From the NCBI GenBank assembly GCA_028703835.1, contig JAQVMB010000001.1:15455-79454 (forward strand): a DNA stretch of 64,000 bases, read 5' to 3'. A program made the translations under genes and the position numbers. Under the pieces are notes generated by a model that saw nothing but the letters and a program-made list of their open reading frames with translations, was not told the DNA's origin and did not search any database. Shown one piece after another: positions 11,229 to 18,867 of this stretch (the stretch's first letter is position 1; the number at the start of each line of letters is the position of its first letter). This DNA is from Candidatus Peribacteraceae bacterium (lineage in GTDB: Bacteria; Patescibacteriota; Gracilibacteria; Peribacterales; Peribacteraceae).

Positions 11229-11267
11229 GTCGGCTTCCTCGGTCTCGTCGGTCTCTTCGGTCTCCTC
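11229..11267. repeat. Right (complementary) arm of the 9-mer word array
   Basis: GTCGGCTTC CTCGGTCTC GTCGGTCTC TTCGGTCTC CTC. Overlaps the ychF stop codon. Confidence 0.8.
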
Positions 11268-12360
11268 AAACATTGAACCGAAAATGGAAGATATCCCCGT
11301 CCTTCACGATGTACTGCTTTCCCTCCGTCCGCATCTTCCCGGTTTCCTTCGCCTTCGCCTCCGTTCCCGCTGCGACGTAGTCCGCGTAGGCGATGGTTTC
11401 GGCGCAGATGAAGCCCTTCTGGAAGTCGGTGTGGATCACGCCGGCGGCTTCGGGGGCAGTGGCGCCCTTCGTGACGGTCCAGGCGCGCACTTCGTCCGGC
11501 CCCGCCGTGAAGAAGCTGACGTAGCCGAGCGCGTGGTAGGCGGCGCGGATGAGCCGGTCGAGGCCCGACGCCTCAATGGACAGCTCCTTCATGAATTCCT
11601 TCGCGTCGTCCTCCGACAATTCCTGCAGGTCCTCTTCAATTTTGGCGCAGATGATGACGATATCGGACGTCTCGGGCAGCTGGAGCTTCTGTCGCACATC
11701 TTCAGGCTTGAGTGTCTTCAGCTGCTCTTCGGATGCGTTGACCGCGAAGATGACGGGCTTCTGCGTGAGGAGCTGGAAATGGCGCGCCACATCCTGTTCT
11801 TCGGGCGAGAGGACGACGCCGCTCGCGGGCTTGCCTTCCTGCAAAGCGGCTTCCAGTTTCTGCAAGGCATGGAGTTCGAACGTGCCCTGCTTGTCGCCCG
11901 TGCGGGCTTTGCCTTCCACCTTGTCCATGCGCTTCTTGATATTGGCCAGGTCCGCGAGCGCCAGTTCCATCTCGATCGTTTCCCGGTCGCGTTTGGGGTC
12001 CACGGAGCCTTCCACATGGATGATGTCGCCCCCCTCGAAGACGCGCACGACGTGGCAGACGGCGTCCACTTCCCGGATGTGACTGAGGAAGGCGTTGCCC
12101 AACCCCTCACCCTTGCTTGCCCCCTTCACGAGTCCCGCGATGTCCACGAACTCCACCGCCGCGGGGATGGTCTTCTTCGGCCGGGCGAGCGCAGTGAGCG
12201 TCCGCAAGCGTTCGTCGGGCACTTCCACGATGCCGATGTTCGGATCGATGGTGCAGAAGGGATAATTGGCCGCCTGCGCCCCCTTGGTCTTCGTGAGCGC
12301 GTTGAAGAGGGTGGATTTTCCCACGTTGGGCAGGCCGACAATACCGATGCGAAGGGCCAT
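11266..12360 (-). CDS. ychF: Ribosome-binding ATPase YchF
   Basis: MALRIGIVGLPNVGKSTLFNALT, an FCTIDPNIG-like segment and the C-terminal TGS-like GFICAETIAY. Confidence 0.93.
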   Translation of the reverse strand: MALRIGIVGLPNVGKSTLFNALTKTKGAQAANYPFCTIDPNIGIVEVPDERLRTLTALARPKKTIPAAVEFVDIAGLVKGASKGEGLGNAFLSHIREVDAVCHVVRVFEGGDIIHVEGSVDPKRDRETIEMELALADLANIKKRMDKVEGKARTGDKQGTFELHALQKLEAALQEGKPASGVVLSPEEQDVARHFQLLTQKPVIFAVNASEEQLKTLKPEDVRQKLQLPETSDIVIICAKIEEDLQELSEDDAKEFMKELSIEASGLDRLIRAAYHALGYVSFFTAGPDEVRAWTVTKGATAPEAAGVIHTDFQKGFICAETIAYADYVAAGTEAKAKETGKMRTEGKQYIVKDGDIFHFRFNV

Positions 12361-12478
12361 AGGATGGGGAAAGTATGCAGGAGCGCGTAAGAAGAATGAA
12401 GGGGAAACGTCCCCCAATGGGGCAAATCCATGGAATTGACATTTACTGGAATATATGTAAACATCTTTTTACAGCGCC

Positions 12479-13864
12479 ATGCGACTCTTCCGTGCCGCCA
12501 TCGTCGCCCTGCTCCTGACGGCCGCCGTTCCGGCTGCCGTTGCCCAGACATTTTCGGACGCGACACAGACGCGCTATGGCGATGCATACCGGTACTTGTG
12601 GTCACGGCAGGCAGTGGAGGGTTTCGCCGACCGGAGCGGACGTCCGTTTGCGACCATCACCCGCGCCGAGGCGCTGAAGGTCGCCGTGGAGATGCGTCCC
12701 GCCTTCCGGGCGCGTGCGGAGTGGTTCCGAACGGCTCTCCCTCCTTTGCCGCTCTTTACGGACGTGGATCAGACTGCGTGGTATGCGCCCTATGTGGAAG
12801 CGGGGTTCGAGGCGGGGCTCCTCACGGGGTATGAGGATTTTTCCTTCCGTCCAAATGCGCCGATCGCCGCGGAGGAGGGGATCGCGCTCTTGATGCGCGC
12901 ATACGGTTTGGCTGCGACCGGGCAGCAGGTGGGCGAGGCGTGGTTCACCCGCGCCGCCGCGGAAGCGTTCGCCCGGAACATCGTGGATTCATCGGAGCGC
13001 CTGCAGGCCGGAGACCGTCTCATGCGGGGGCAGTTCTTCGATATGGCTTACCGTCTGGACGTCGTGGAAGGCAGGAAACTGGCGTCGTTCCCCGAGACGT
13101 CCCCGGCGGTCATCGTCCAAGTGCCGCGGGAGCCCGTCATGCTGCCGCCGCCCATTCCGTCCGTCTCCGCCGTTCCGTACGTTCCGCCTTCGGCGTCTTC
13201 GAAAGCCCTCCCGCCGAAAATCCCGCCCGTCTCCGTCCCTTCGCCGCAGCCACGGCCGCAGGCCGTCAGCGCTTCATCGGCGCGTGCCGTTGTGCCACCG
13301 CCTCCCGTGCAGCAGCCTGCGGTCATCCCGGTTGCCATCCCGCGCTTTTCATCATCTTCGCGGCCCGCAACGGTTGTGCCGCCCGTCGTGCCCGCGCAGC
13401 CGAAGCCGCCATCAACGGTCGCCTCCGGGAAGCCGTTCTCCCTCACCATTCCCACGCTCGGCATCACCGACCTCACCGTCACGCACCCCACCGATCCCGC
13501 GACCAGCAAGGGCCTCCTGTCCGTCCTCGGCGACGGCGTCGGGCACCTCTTCAGTTATCCGGGCGGGGAAGGGAAAGTGCTGATCTACGGCCACTCCAGC
13601 GGTTATCCGTGGGACGTGTCGAAGTACACGAAGATCTTCCGCACCGTGAACCAGCTCAATCCGGGCGACAAGGTCTATGTGACGTACCGGGGAACGCTCT
13701 ATACCTACGAAGTGTCATACAAGGAGACGGTTCCTTCCGGCGACATGTCGCGCTTATCCGGGCAGGGCGCGGAGCTGATTCTCTACACCTGCTGGCCGCC
13801 GGATTCGATCAAAGAACGCTACCTCGTCCACGCCGTGCCCGTCAGCAGCGTGGCGGCGAGGTGA
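12479..13864 (+). CDS. Sortase-family transpeptidase with N-terminal SLH-like repeats
   Basis: The C-terminal domain has His (LIYGHSSG), Cys (LILYTCWPP) and Arg (ERYLVHA) in sortase order. The N-terminus has signal-like and SLH-like segments (ITRAEALKV; GLLTGYEDFSFRP). A Pro-rich linker joins them. Confidence 0.6.
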   Translation: MRLFRAAIVALLLTAAVPAAVAQTFSDATQTRYGDAYRYLWSRQAVEGFADRSGRPFATITRAEALKVAVEMRPAFRARAEWFRTALPPLPLFTDVDQTAWYAPYVEAGFEAGLLTGYEDFSFRPNAPIAAEEGIALLMRAYGLAATGQQVGEAWFTRAAAEAFARNIVDSSERLQAGDRLMRGQFFDMAYRLDVVEGRKLASFPETSPAVIVQVPREPVMLPPPIPSVSAVPYVPPSASSKALPPKIPPVSVPSPQPRPQAVSASSARAVVPPPPVQQPAVIPVAIPRFSSSSRPATVVPPVVPAQPKPPSTVASGKPFSLTIPTLGITDLTVTHPTDPATSKGLLSVLGDGVGHLFSYPGGEGKVLIYGHSSGYPWDVSKYTKIFRTVNQLNPGDKVYVTYRGTLYTYEVSYKETVPSGDMSRLSGQGAELILYTCWPPDSIKERYLVHAVPVSSVAAR

Positions 13865-13983
13865 TCGGAATTCCCGTACTAGGACATGACGAATTGATCG
13901 ACATGTTGCAAGACACTGTTGAGAAGTGCAACAACGAATCGGACGGGGCGAAGAAAGAAGCGAGAGTGAAGATTTATTTGCGT

Positions 13984-14013
13984 CAAAAAACGGCCCCATG
14001 GAGAGGAGCCGTT
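13984..14013 (-). terminator. Intrinsic terminator (8-bp stem plus T6) after the small Cys-rich ORF
   Basis: Minus sense reads AACGGCTC-ctctccat-GGGCCGTT TTTTTG, directly downstream of the stop at 14027. Confidence 0.55.
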
Positions 14014-14026
14014 CATGCATCCGGTA

Positions 14027-14242
14027 TTACTTGCAGGGATAACACGTCGGACACCCGTAGTGGCAGCGTGCGCCATGCACGGCGGCGGCAACGGCCCTGG
14101 CCACGGGGCGGTAGACGCAGCCGCAGTTGACGTAGCCGCACGGCGGCGGCGGGGGATACCCTCCGGCGAAGGCGGAAGGGGCCACGGCCAATGTCGAACT
14201 TGCGATCGCGCCGAGCATCGCCCATTTGCGAACGAGGGACAT
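14027..14242 (-). CDS. Small secreted Cys-rich peptide (about 71 aa)
   Basis: Signal-like MSLVRKWAMLGAIASSTLAVAPSAFA, then a Pro run and 7 Cys (CGYVNCGC...CHYGCPTCYPCK). Has its own terminator. No family recognised. Confidence 0.4.
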   Translation of the reverse strand: MSLVRKWAMLGAIASSTLAVAPSAFAGGYPPPPPCGYVNCGCVYRPVARAVAAAVHGARCHYGCPTCYPCK

Positions 14243-14376
14243 AGGTTGGTTGGGAAAGAGATACAACAGTAAGAATGACGCGGGCGGGGATCAGGTCTTT
14301 CGACGAAAACAATGAATTTGGCGGGTGTCTGCGCCCTCTTTCGTACGATGCATCACGATGCCGCCGCACTTGCTCC

Positions 14377-16860
14377 TCACCCCCCGATCCTCCGTACGAT
14401 TTCCCGGTCCACGAATTCCTTCGCCCTGCCGTACTTCAGGCGGGACAATTGCTTGAAGGCTTCGGCCGCCTGCGCGTCCTTCGCGTAGCTCTTGTCGAGC
14501 CAGGGCCGCGGTACGTCGATCGAGAACGGGCGGGAGGGCTGTCCGTCGATGGAGAGCTTCATGCCGCCTTTGAAAGCGTCCATGTTCACAAGGTCCTGTT
14601 CGGAGAAGACCGGCGCCATCTCCTTGGCGCACACCTCCGCGTCCTGCGGGCCGATCTTGTAGAACATCATCGTACCCACATTGCCGAACACGGCGCCCTT
14701 GAGGGACACCGATCCGGCGATCTTGCTCTCCTTCTCCAGCTGGTCCAGGTACTGGTGGGCGAGGATGAGGCCGAGGCGGTACTTGCGCGCTTCGGAGAGG
14801 ATGGACTCGATGGACGGGGTCACGAAGTTCTGGAATTCGTCGATGTACAGGAAGAAATCTTTCCGCGTGGAGGCGTCCTGGCGCTGGCGGCGCATGGCGG
14901 CCACCTGGATCTTGTTCACGACGATGAGCCCCAGCAGCGTGGAGTTGATGTCGCCGATGAGACCTTTCGACAGGTTCATCAGGAGGATCTTGCCGCCGTT
15001 CATCACGTCGGCCACGTCGAAGGCGCTCTTGGTTTGCCCCACGATGTTGCGGATGAGGGTGTTCGTCGTGAACTGCCCGAACTTGGCGGCGAAGTAGGGG
15101 ATCATCTCCTGCTTCTCGCGCTGGCCGGTGGACGCCATCTGCTTCTCCCAGAAGGAGCGCACGATGGGGTTCTTCACCTTCGCGACCTTGTATTTCTGCC
15201 ACTCGTCGTCCGTGAAGAGGCGCACGAGGTCGGTGATGGCGCCCCCTTCCTCCTCGTCCTCCATCAGCGTCAGGCAGCCGTTGCGGAAGTAGTCCTGGAT
15301 GCGCGGGCCGAAGATTTCCTCGCCGAACATCTTCACCATCATGTTCATGGCGTCGAGGGCGATGAGGTCCTTCTCCTCCGGCGTCTTGCCTTCGAGGAGG
15401 TTCAGGCCGAGCGGGCGCTCCGTGTCCGCGGGGTTGAAGTAGATGACGTCGTCGGCGCGGGAGCGTGGGATGTACGGCAGGAGGTCCTCGATGAGCGAGC
15501 CGTGCGGGTCCACGATGCAGACGCCCCGGCCGTCGTTGAAGTCCTGGCGCGCCATGAGCTGGATGATCGAGGATTTGCCCGTACCGGTCTGCCCGATGAT
15601 GTAGAAGTGGCGGAAGCGGTCTTCCTGCTTCATGAAGACTTTCTTCTTCTCGCCGCGGAACGTGTTCCAGCCGAGGAAGAGGCCGTCGGGAGGGACGTTC
15701 TTCGGCGCGGGGGCGAGCTTGAAATTCTGCCACTTGATCGTCTCCACTTTGTTGTACTTGATGTTCGGGAGGTGGAAGAAGCTCGCCAGCTCGGAGGTTC
15801 CCAGCAGCAGCCGGCGCGTCGTGAGCCGGAGCCAGAGGGCGTGGCTCGGGCAGCGCCGGACGAACCGCTCGATGACGGATCCGCGCCGGAGGAAATGGGG
15901 CCGGTGGAACCGGTTGCCCCGCACGTCGTCGAACTGCGCGAACGACGCGGCGACTTCATCGAGGATCACGCGGGCGCGCGCGGGCGCCTTCGCCGACGCG
16001 ATGATGCGTATGACGGTGTGGTAGCCGTGGCTGCCCGCCTTCTCGTCGATGGCCTTGCTGTACTCCTCCGTCATCTGCGAGACGCGTTCGTGCGTGGAGG
16101 AGTCGTCGGGCATTTTCGGGGTCTCGCTTCCCGGCGTGAAGAGGTCGACCAGCGCGGCGATCCACGTGAGGGGATTGAACGGGTTGCCGTGCTTCTTCTT
16201 CGGGTTGATGAGGTTTTTCGCTTCCTCCTGCAGCTTGTTCTGCCACCCGCCGGCGGCGGGACGGAGCACGAATTGGACGGCGGCGCCTTCGTCGAGCTTC
16301 AGTTTGGAGAAGGCGTTCGTGATGTTGTTGAGCGGGTCGCTCTTGAGTTGCTGGTAGGTCTTGAAGACGGACGTCCAGGGTTTCGTCGGCACGAGGACGT
16401 CGGCGTCCGCCACCGATTCCTCCGTGAAAATGTTGTAATCCTCCACCTCGTCCACGATCGTGTCCGGGTAGAAAGACGTGATCTGTTTCTCCACGAGATG
16501 GGCGATGCGCCGGGGGCAAACGACGAAGAAGAGGATTTCGCCCGCCAGCGCCGCGTACTCCACCGAGAGGAAGTGCTGCCCGCGGTGGAACCGCGAGTAG
16601 CGGGAGTTGTAGATGCTGTGAAGCGACTGGAAGAGGTGGTCCGTCACCCCGAGGACTTCGCGAAAATCTTTTCCGGTGGAGAACTGTTCCGATTCCACTT
16701 CCTTGTCCTCTTTGCTCTCCTTTTTCGGGACGAGGAGCTGGAGGAACACCAAGTCGCGTTCCCGCGCCCCGTCCGCGCGCAGGCGCAGCAGCCAGAGCAG
16801 CGTCCACGCGCCCGCGCCGAGCGCGAGCAGCGCGCCGATGGTGACGAGGAAGTCCGTCAC
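14377..16860 (-). CDS. VirD4/TraD-like type IV secretion coupling-protein ATPase with N-terminal TM anchor
   Basis: Walker A IIGQTGTGKSS and Walker B FFLYIDEFQNF, then ARKYRLGLILAHQY. N-terminal hydrophobic helix. GTG start, with TATAAT 14 nt upstream. Confidence 0.8.
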   Translation of the reverse strand: MTDFLVTIGALLALGAGAWTLLWLLRLRADGARERDLVFLQLLVPKKESKEDKEVESEQFSTGKDFREVLGVTDHLFQSLHSIYNSRYSRFHRGQHFLSVEYAALAGEILFFVVCPRRIAHLVEKQITSFYPDTIVDEVEDYNIFTEESVADADVLVPTKPWTSVFKTYQQLKSDPLNNITNAFSKLKLDEGAAVQFVLRPAAGGWQNKLQEEAKNLINPKKKHGNPFNPLTWIAALVDLFTPGSETPKMPDDSSTHERVSQMTEEYSKAIDEKAGSHGYHTVIRIIASAKAPARARVILDEVAASFAQFDDVRGNRFHRPHFLRRGSVIERFVRRCPSHALWLRLTTRRLLLGTSELASFFHLPNIKYNKVETIKWQNFKLAPAPKNVPPDGLFLGWNTFRGEKKKVFMKQEDRFRHFYIIGQTGTGKSSIIQLMARQDFNDGRGVCIVDPHGSLIEDLLPYIPRSRADDVIYFNPADTERPLGLNLLEGKTPEEKDLIALDAMNMMVKMFGEEIFGPRIQDYFRNGCLTLMEDEEEGGAITDLVRLFTDDEWQKYKVAKVKNPIVRSFWEKQMASTGQREKQEMIPYFAAKFGQFTTNTLIRNIVGQTKSAFDVADVMNGGKILLMNLSKGLIGDINSTLLGLIVVNKIQVAAMRRQRQDASTRKDFFLYIDEFQNFVTPSIESILSEARKYRLGLILAHQYLDQLEKESKIAGSVSLKGAVFGNVGTMMFYKIGPQDAEVCAKEMAPVFSEQDLVNMDAFKGGMKLSIDGQPSRPFSIDVPRPWLDKSYAKDAQAAEAFKQLSRLKYGRAKEFVDREIVRRIGG

Positions 16861-16915
16861 GGGAGTATCGTACCATTATAGCACGGATTTCCGCTTTTGC
16901 TGAGGGGGTTTTTGT

Positions 16916-17002
16916 GAGGATTCCGACGAAGCCGTGGAAGCCGGGGGCCTCTTCGAGCCACTCTTCGGTTTCCTCGGATTCTTCGGTTTCCTCGGTTTCT
17001 TC
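16916..17002. repeat. Imperfect palindrome built from GAGGAAWCC / GGWTTCCTC words
   Basis: GAGGATTCCGACGAAGCCGTGGAAGCC ... CTCTTCGGTTTCCTCGGATTCTTCGGTTTCCTCGGTTTCTTC. Lies between divergent genes. Confidence 0.8.
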
Positions 17003-17052
17003 TCTCCGATCCTCCTTCCGTCTCCAACCGCCGCGTCCTATCCTTTTCCCGC

Positions 17053-18216
17053 ATGGCTTGGAGCGCCCTCTTCCACCACCGATCCCTGCGCGCCACGATG
17101 CGCGGCGCCGCCTCGTACCTCTTCGGCCGGAGGGAGCGCCGTCGCGTCGAGATGATGCGCCTGTCCTTTCGCCTGCGCCTGATGGTGCTGCTTTTTTCGC
17201 GGCGGCTCGTCCGCTTGCCGGATCTCCCTCGCGCGCGGGTCTGGGCGGACAGGGAGGCGTTCCCGCGCATCCGCAAGCTCCTCCGCGGCGCCCGTCACAC
17301 GATCATCATCCAGATGTTCATCTGGAAGGACGACCGGCTGGGAAGGGAGATGGCCGCCGCGCTCCTTGCCGCCGCGGACCGCGGGGTGAAGGTGTTCATC
17401 AGCAAGGAAGCCGTGGGTGATTTCTTCGAGACGAACGGCGATTTCCTCGCCACCCGTGACCGCGACGACGAGCCCGTCTGGCGGCGGTTCTGGCGCCATC
17501 CCAACATTCTCGTTTCCCACGCCGTGCAACGGGACCATGCGAAGGTGTACGTCATTGATGACCGGATCCTGCTGCTTACCGGCATGAACATCGCCGACGA
17601 GTACCACGATCGCTGGCACGATTATCTGGTCGAGTTGCGGGGGGAGCGGTACGTGCAGCAGTACCTCGCGCGCGGGGACATTGACGGCCGGACCGGCGGG
17701 ATTCGCATGGTGATGAACACGGAAGGCCACAAGGACATCCGGCCCGCCGTTATGGCATTGCTGCGCGGGGCGGAGCGGAGCATCGTCGTGGAACACTGCT
17801 ATCTCTCGGATCCCGCCGTGCTGCAGGCGCTGGTCAACCGCAGCAGGGAGGGCGTTTTTGTCACGGTCATCATCCCGTCCGTCGTCGATGTGCACTATTA
17901 CAGCAACATGCAGTCCGTGGCTTTTCTCCTGGCGAAAGGGTCGCCCCGGCACCTGCGCGTGTTCCTGTACCCCGGCATGTTCCATGCCAAGATCCTGCTC
18001 GCGGACAGGACGAAGGCGTTCCTGGGGTCCGCCAACCTCATCACGTCCTCCCTCGATGAGATGGGCGAAGTGAACGTGCTTATCGGGGGACGGATGAACC
18101 GTGCCGTCGCCACGTTGCGCATGGTCTTGCGGGCGGATTTGTTCCGGTGCCGCCCCCTCCGGTCGCCTCCCCATCTGGGTTGGCTCATGCGGCTGCTGGC
18201 GTGGATGCGTCTGTGA
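17053..18216 (+). CDS. Phospholipase D / cardiolipin-synthase-like protein (two HKD motifs)
   Basis: HAKVYVIDD and FHAKILLADRTKAFLGSANL. Confidence 0.8.
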   Translation: MAWSALFHHRSLRATMRGAASYLFGRRERRRVEMMRLSFRLRLMVLLFSRRLVRLPDLPRARVWADREAFPRIRKLLRGARHTIIIQMFIWKDDRLGREMAAALLAAADRGVKVFISKEAVGDFFETNGDFLATRDRDDEPVWRRFWRHPNILVSHAVQRDHAKVYVIDDRILLLTGMNIADEYHDRWHDYLVELRGERYVQQYLARGDIDGRTGGIRMVMNTEGHKDIRPAVMALLRGAERSIVVEHCYLSDPAVLQALVNRSREGVFVTVIIPSVVDVHYYSNMQSVAFLLAKGSPRHLRVFLYPGMFHAKILLADRTKAFLGSANLITSSLDEMGEVNVLIGGRMNRAVATLRMVLRADLFRCRPLRSPPHLGWLMRLLAWMRL

Positions 18217-18376
18217 GGAATCCGAGGAATCCAACGAAACCGAGGAAACCGAAGAAGGCTACAGGTGTTCGGTTCATGCTTTTGAAGGAGCGCTTTGTCC
18301 CTTTGTTCATGAAAATTTGTCATGGCAATGAACGTCCCTCGGATTCTTCGGATGCGTCGGTTTCTTCGGTTTCCTC
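18215..18376. repeat. 9-mer word palindrome with an ~80-nt spacer, overlapping both convergent stop codons
   Basis: GAGGAATCCGAGGAATCCAACGAAACCGAGGAAACCGAAGAAGG ... CCCTCGGATTCTTCGGATGCGTCGGTTTCTTCGGTTTCCTC. Confidence 0.8.
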
Positions 18377-18743
18377 ACTTCTTCAGCAGCCTCTCGACCA
18401 TTTCCAGCAGGCTCTTGATCGTCATGTCTTTCTTCACGAAGAAATCATCCGCGCCCAATTCCCGTCCCTTCTTCCGGTAGTCTTCGCGGTCGAAATTCGT
18501 CAGAAGGATGACGGGGTAGGGACGCTCTTTCGGCAGTTGCGCCAGCACCTGGAATCCGTCCATCTTCGGCATGCTGATGTCGCAGACGAGGAGGTCCGGC
18601 GGGTTCTGCAGCACCTGGCGCAACGCCTCTTCCCCGTCCGACGCCGGCACGACGTTGTACCCGGCGAGGGAGAACTTCTTCACGTAGATGCTGCGCAGCA
18701 ACGCATCGTCTTCCGCAAAGAGAATGGTCGGAATGTGGTTCAT
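18375..18743 (-). CDS. Single-domain CheY-like response regulator
   Basis: ILFAEDD...DLLVCDISMPKMDG...ILLTN..., 122 aa. TATAAT lies 9 nt upstream of the ATG. Confidence 0.85.
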   Translation of the reverse strand: MNHIPTILFAEDDALLRSIYVKKFSLAGYNVVPASDGEEALRQVLQNPPDLLVCDISMPKMDGFQVLAQLPKERPYPVILLTNFDREDYRKKGRELGADDFFVKKDMTIKSLLEMVERLLKK

Positions 18744-18867
18744 CAACCGTACATTATACGCCGTTTTTTGCGGGCGGTACAGGACATTCGGAAGGCTCCC
18801 CGCTTCCGGTCGGGGTTGCGGGAAGGGATGGCGAAGAAGGAGAAAATCTGCTAGAATAGAAGGAAAC

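Noticed and set aside
14275-16881. 868-aa plus-strand ORF, and the 480-aa and 306-aa minus-strand ORFs in the same region.
   Set aside because: They are antisense to, or out of frame with, the VirD4-like gene (14377-16860). That gene alone carries Walker A/B motifs and normal composition.
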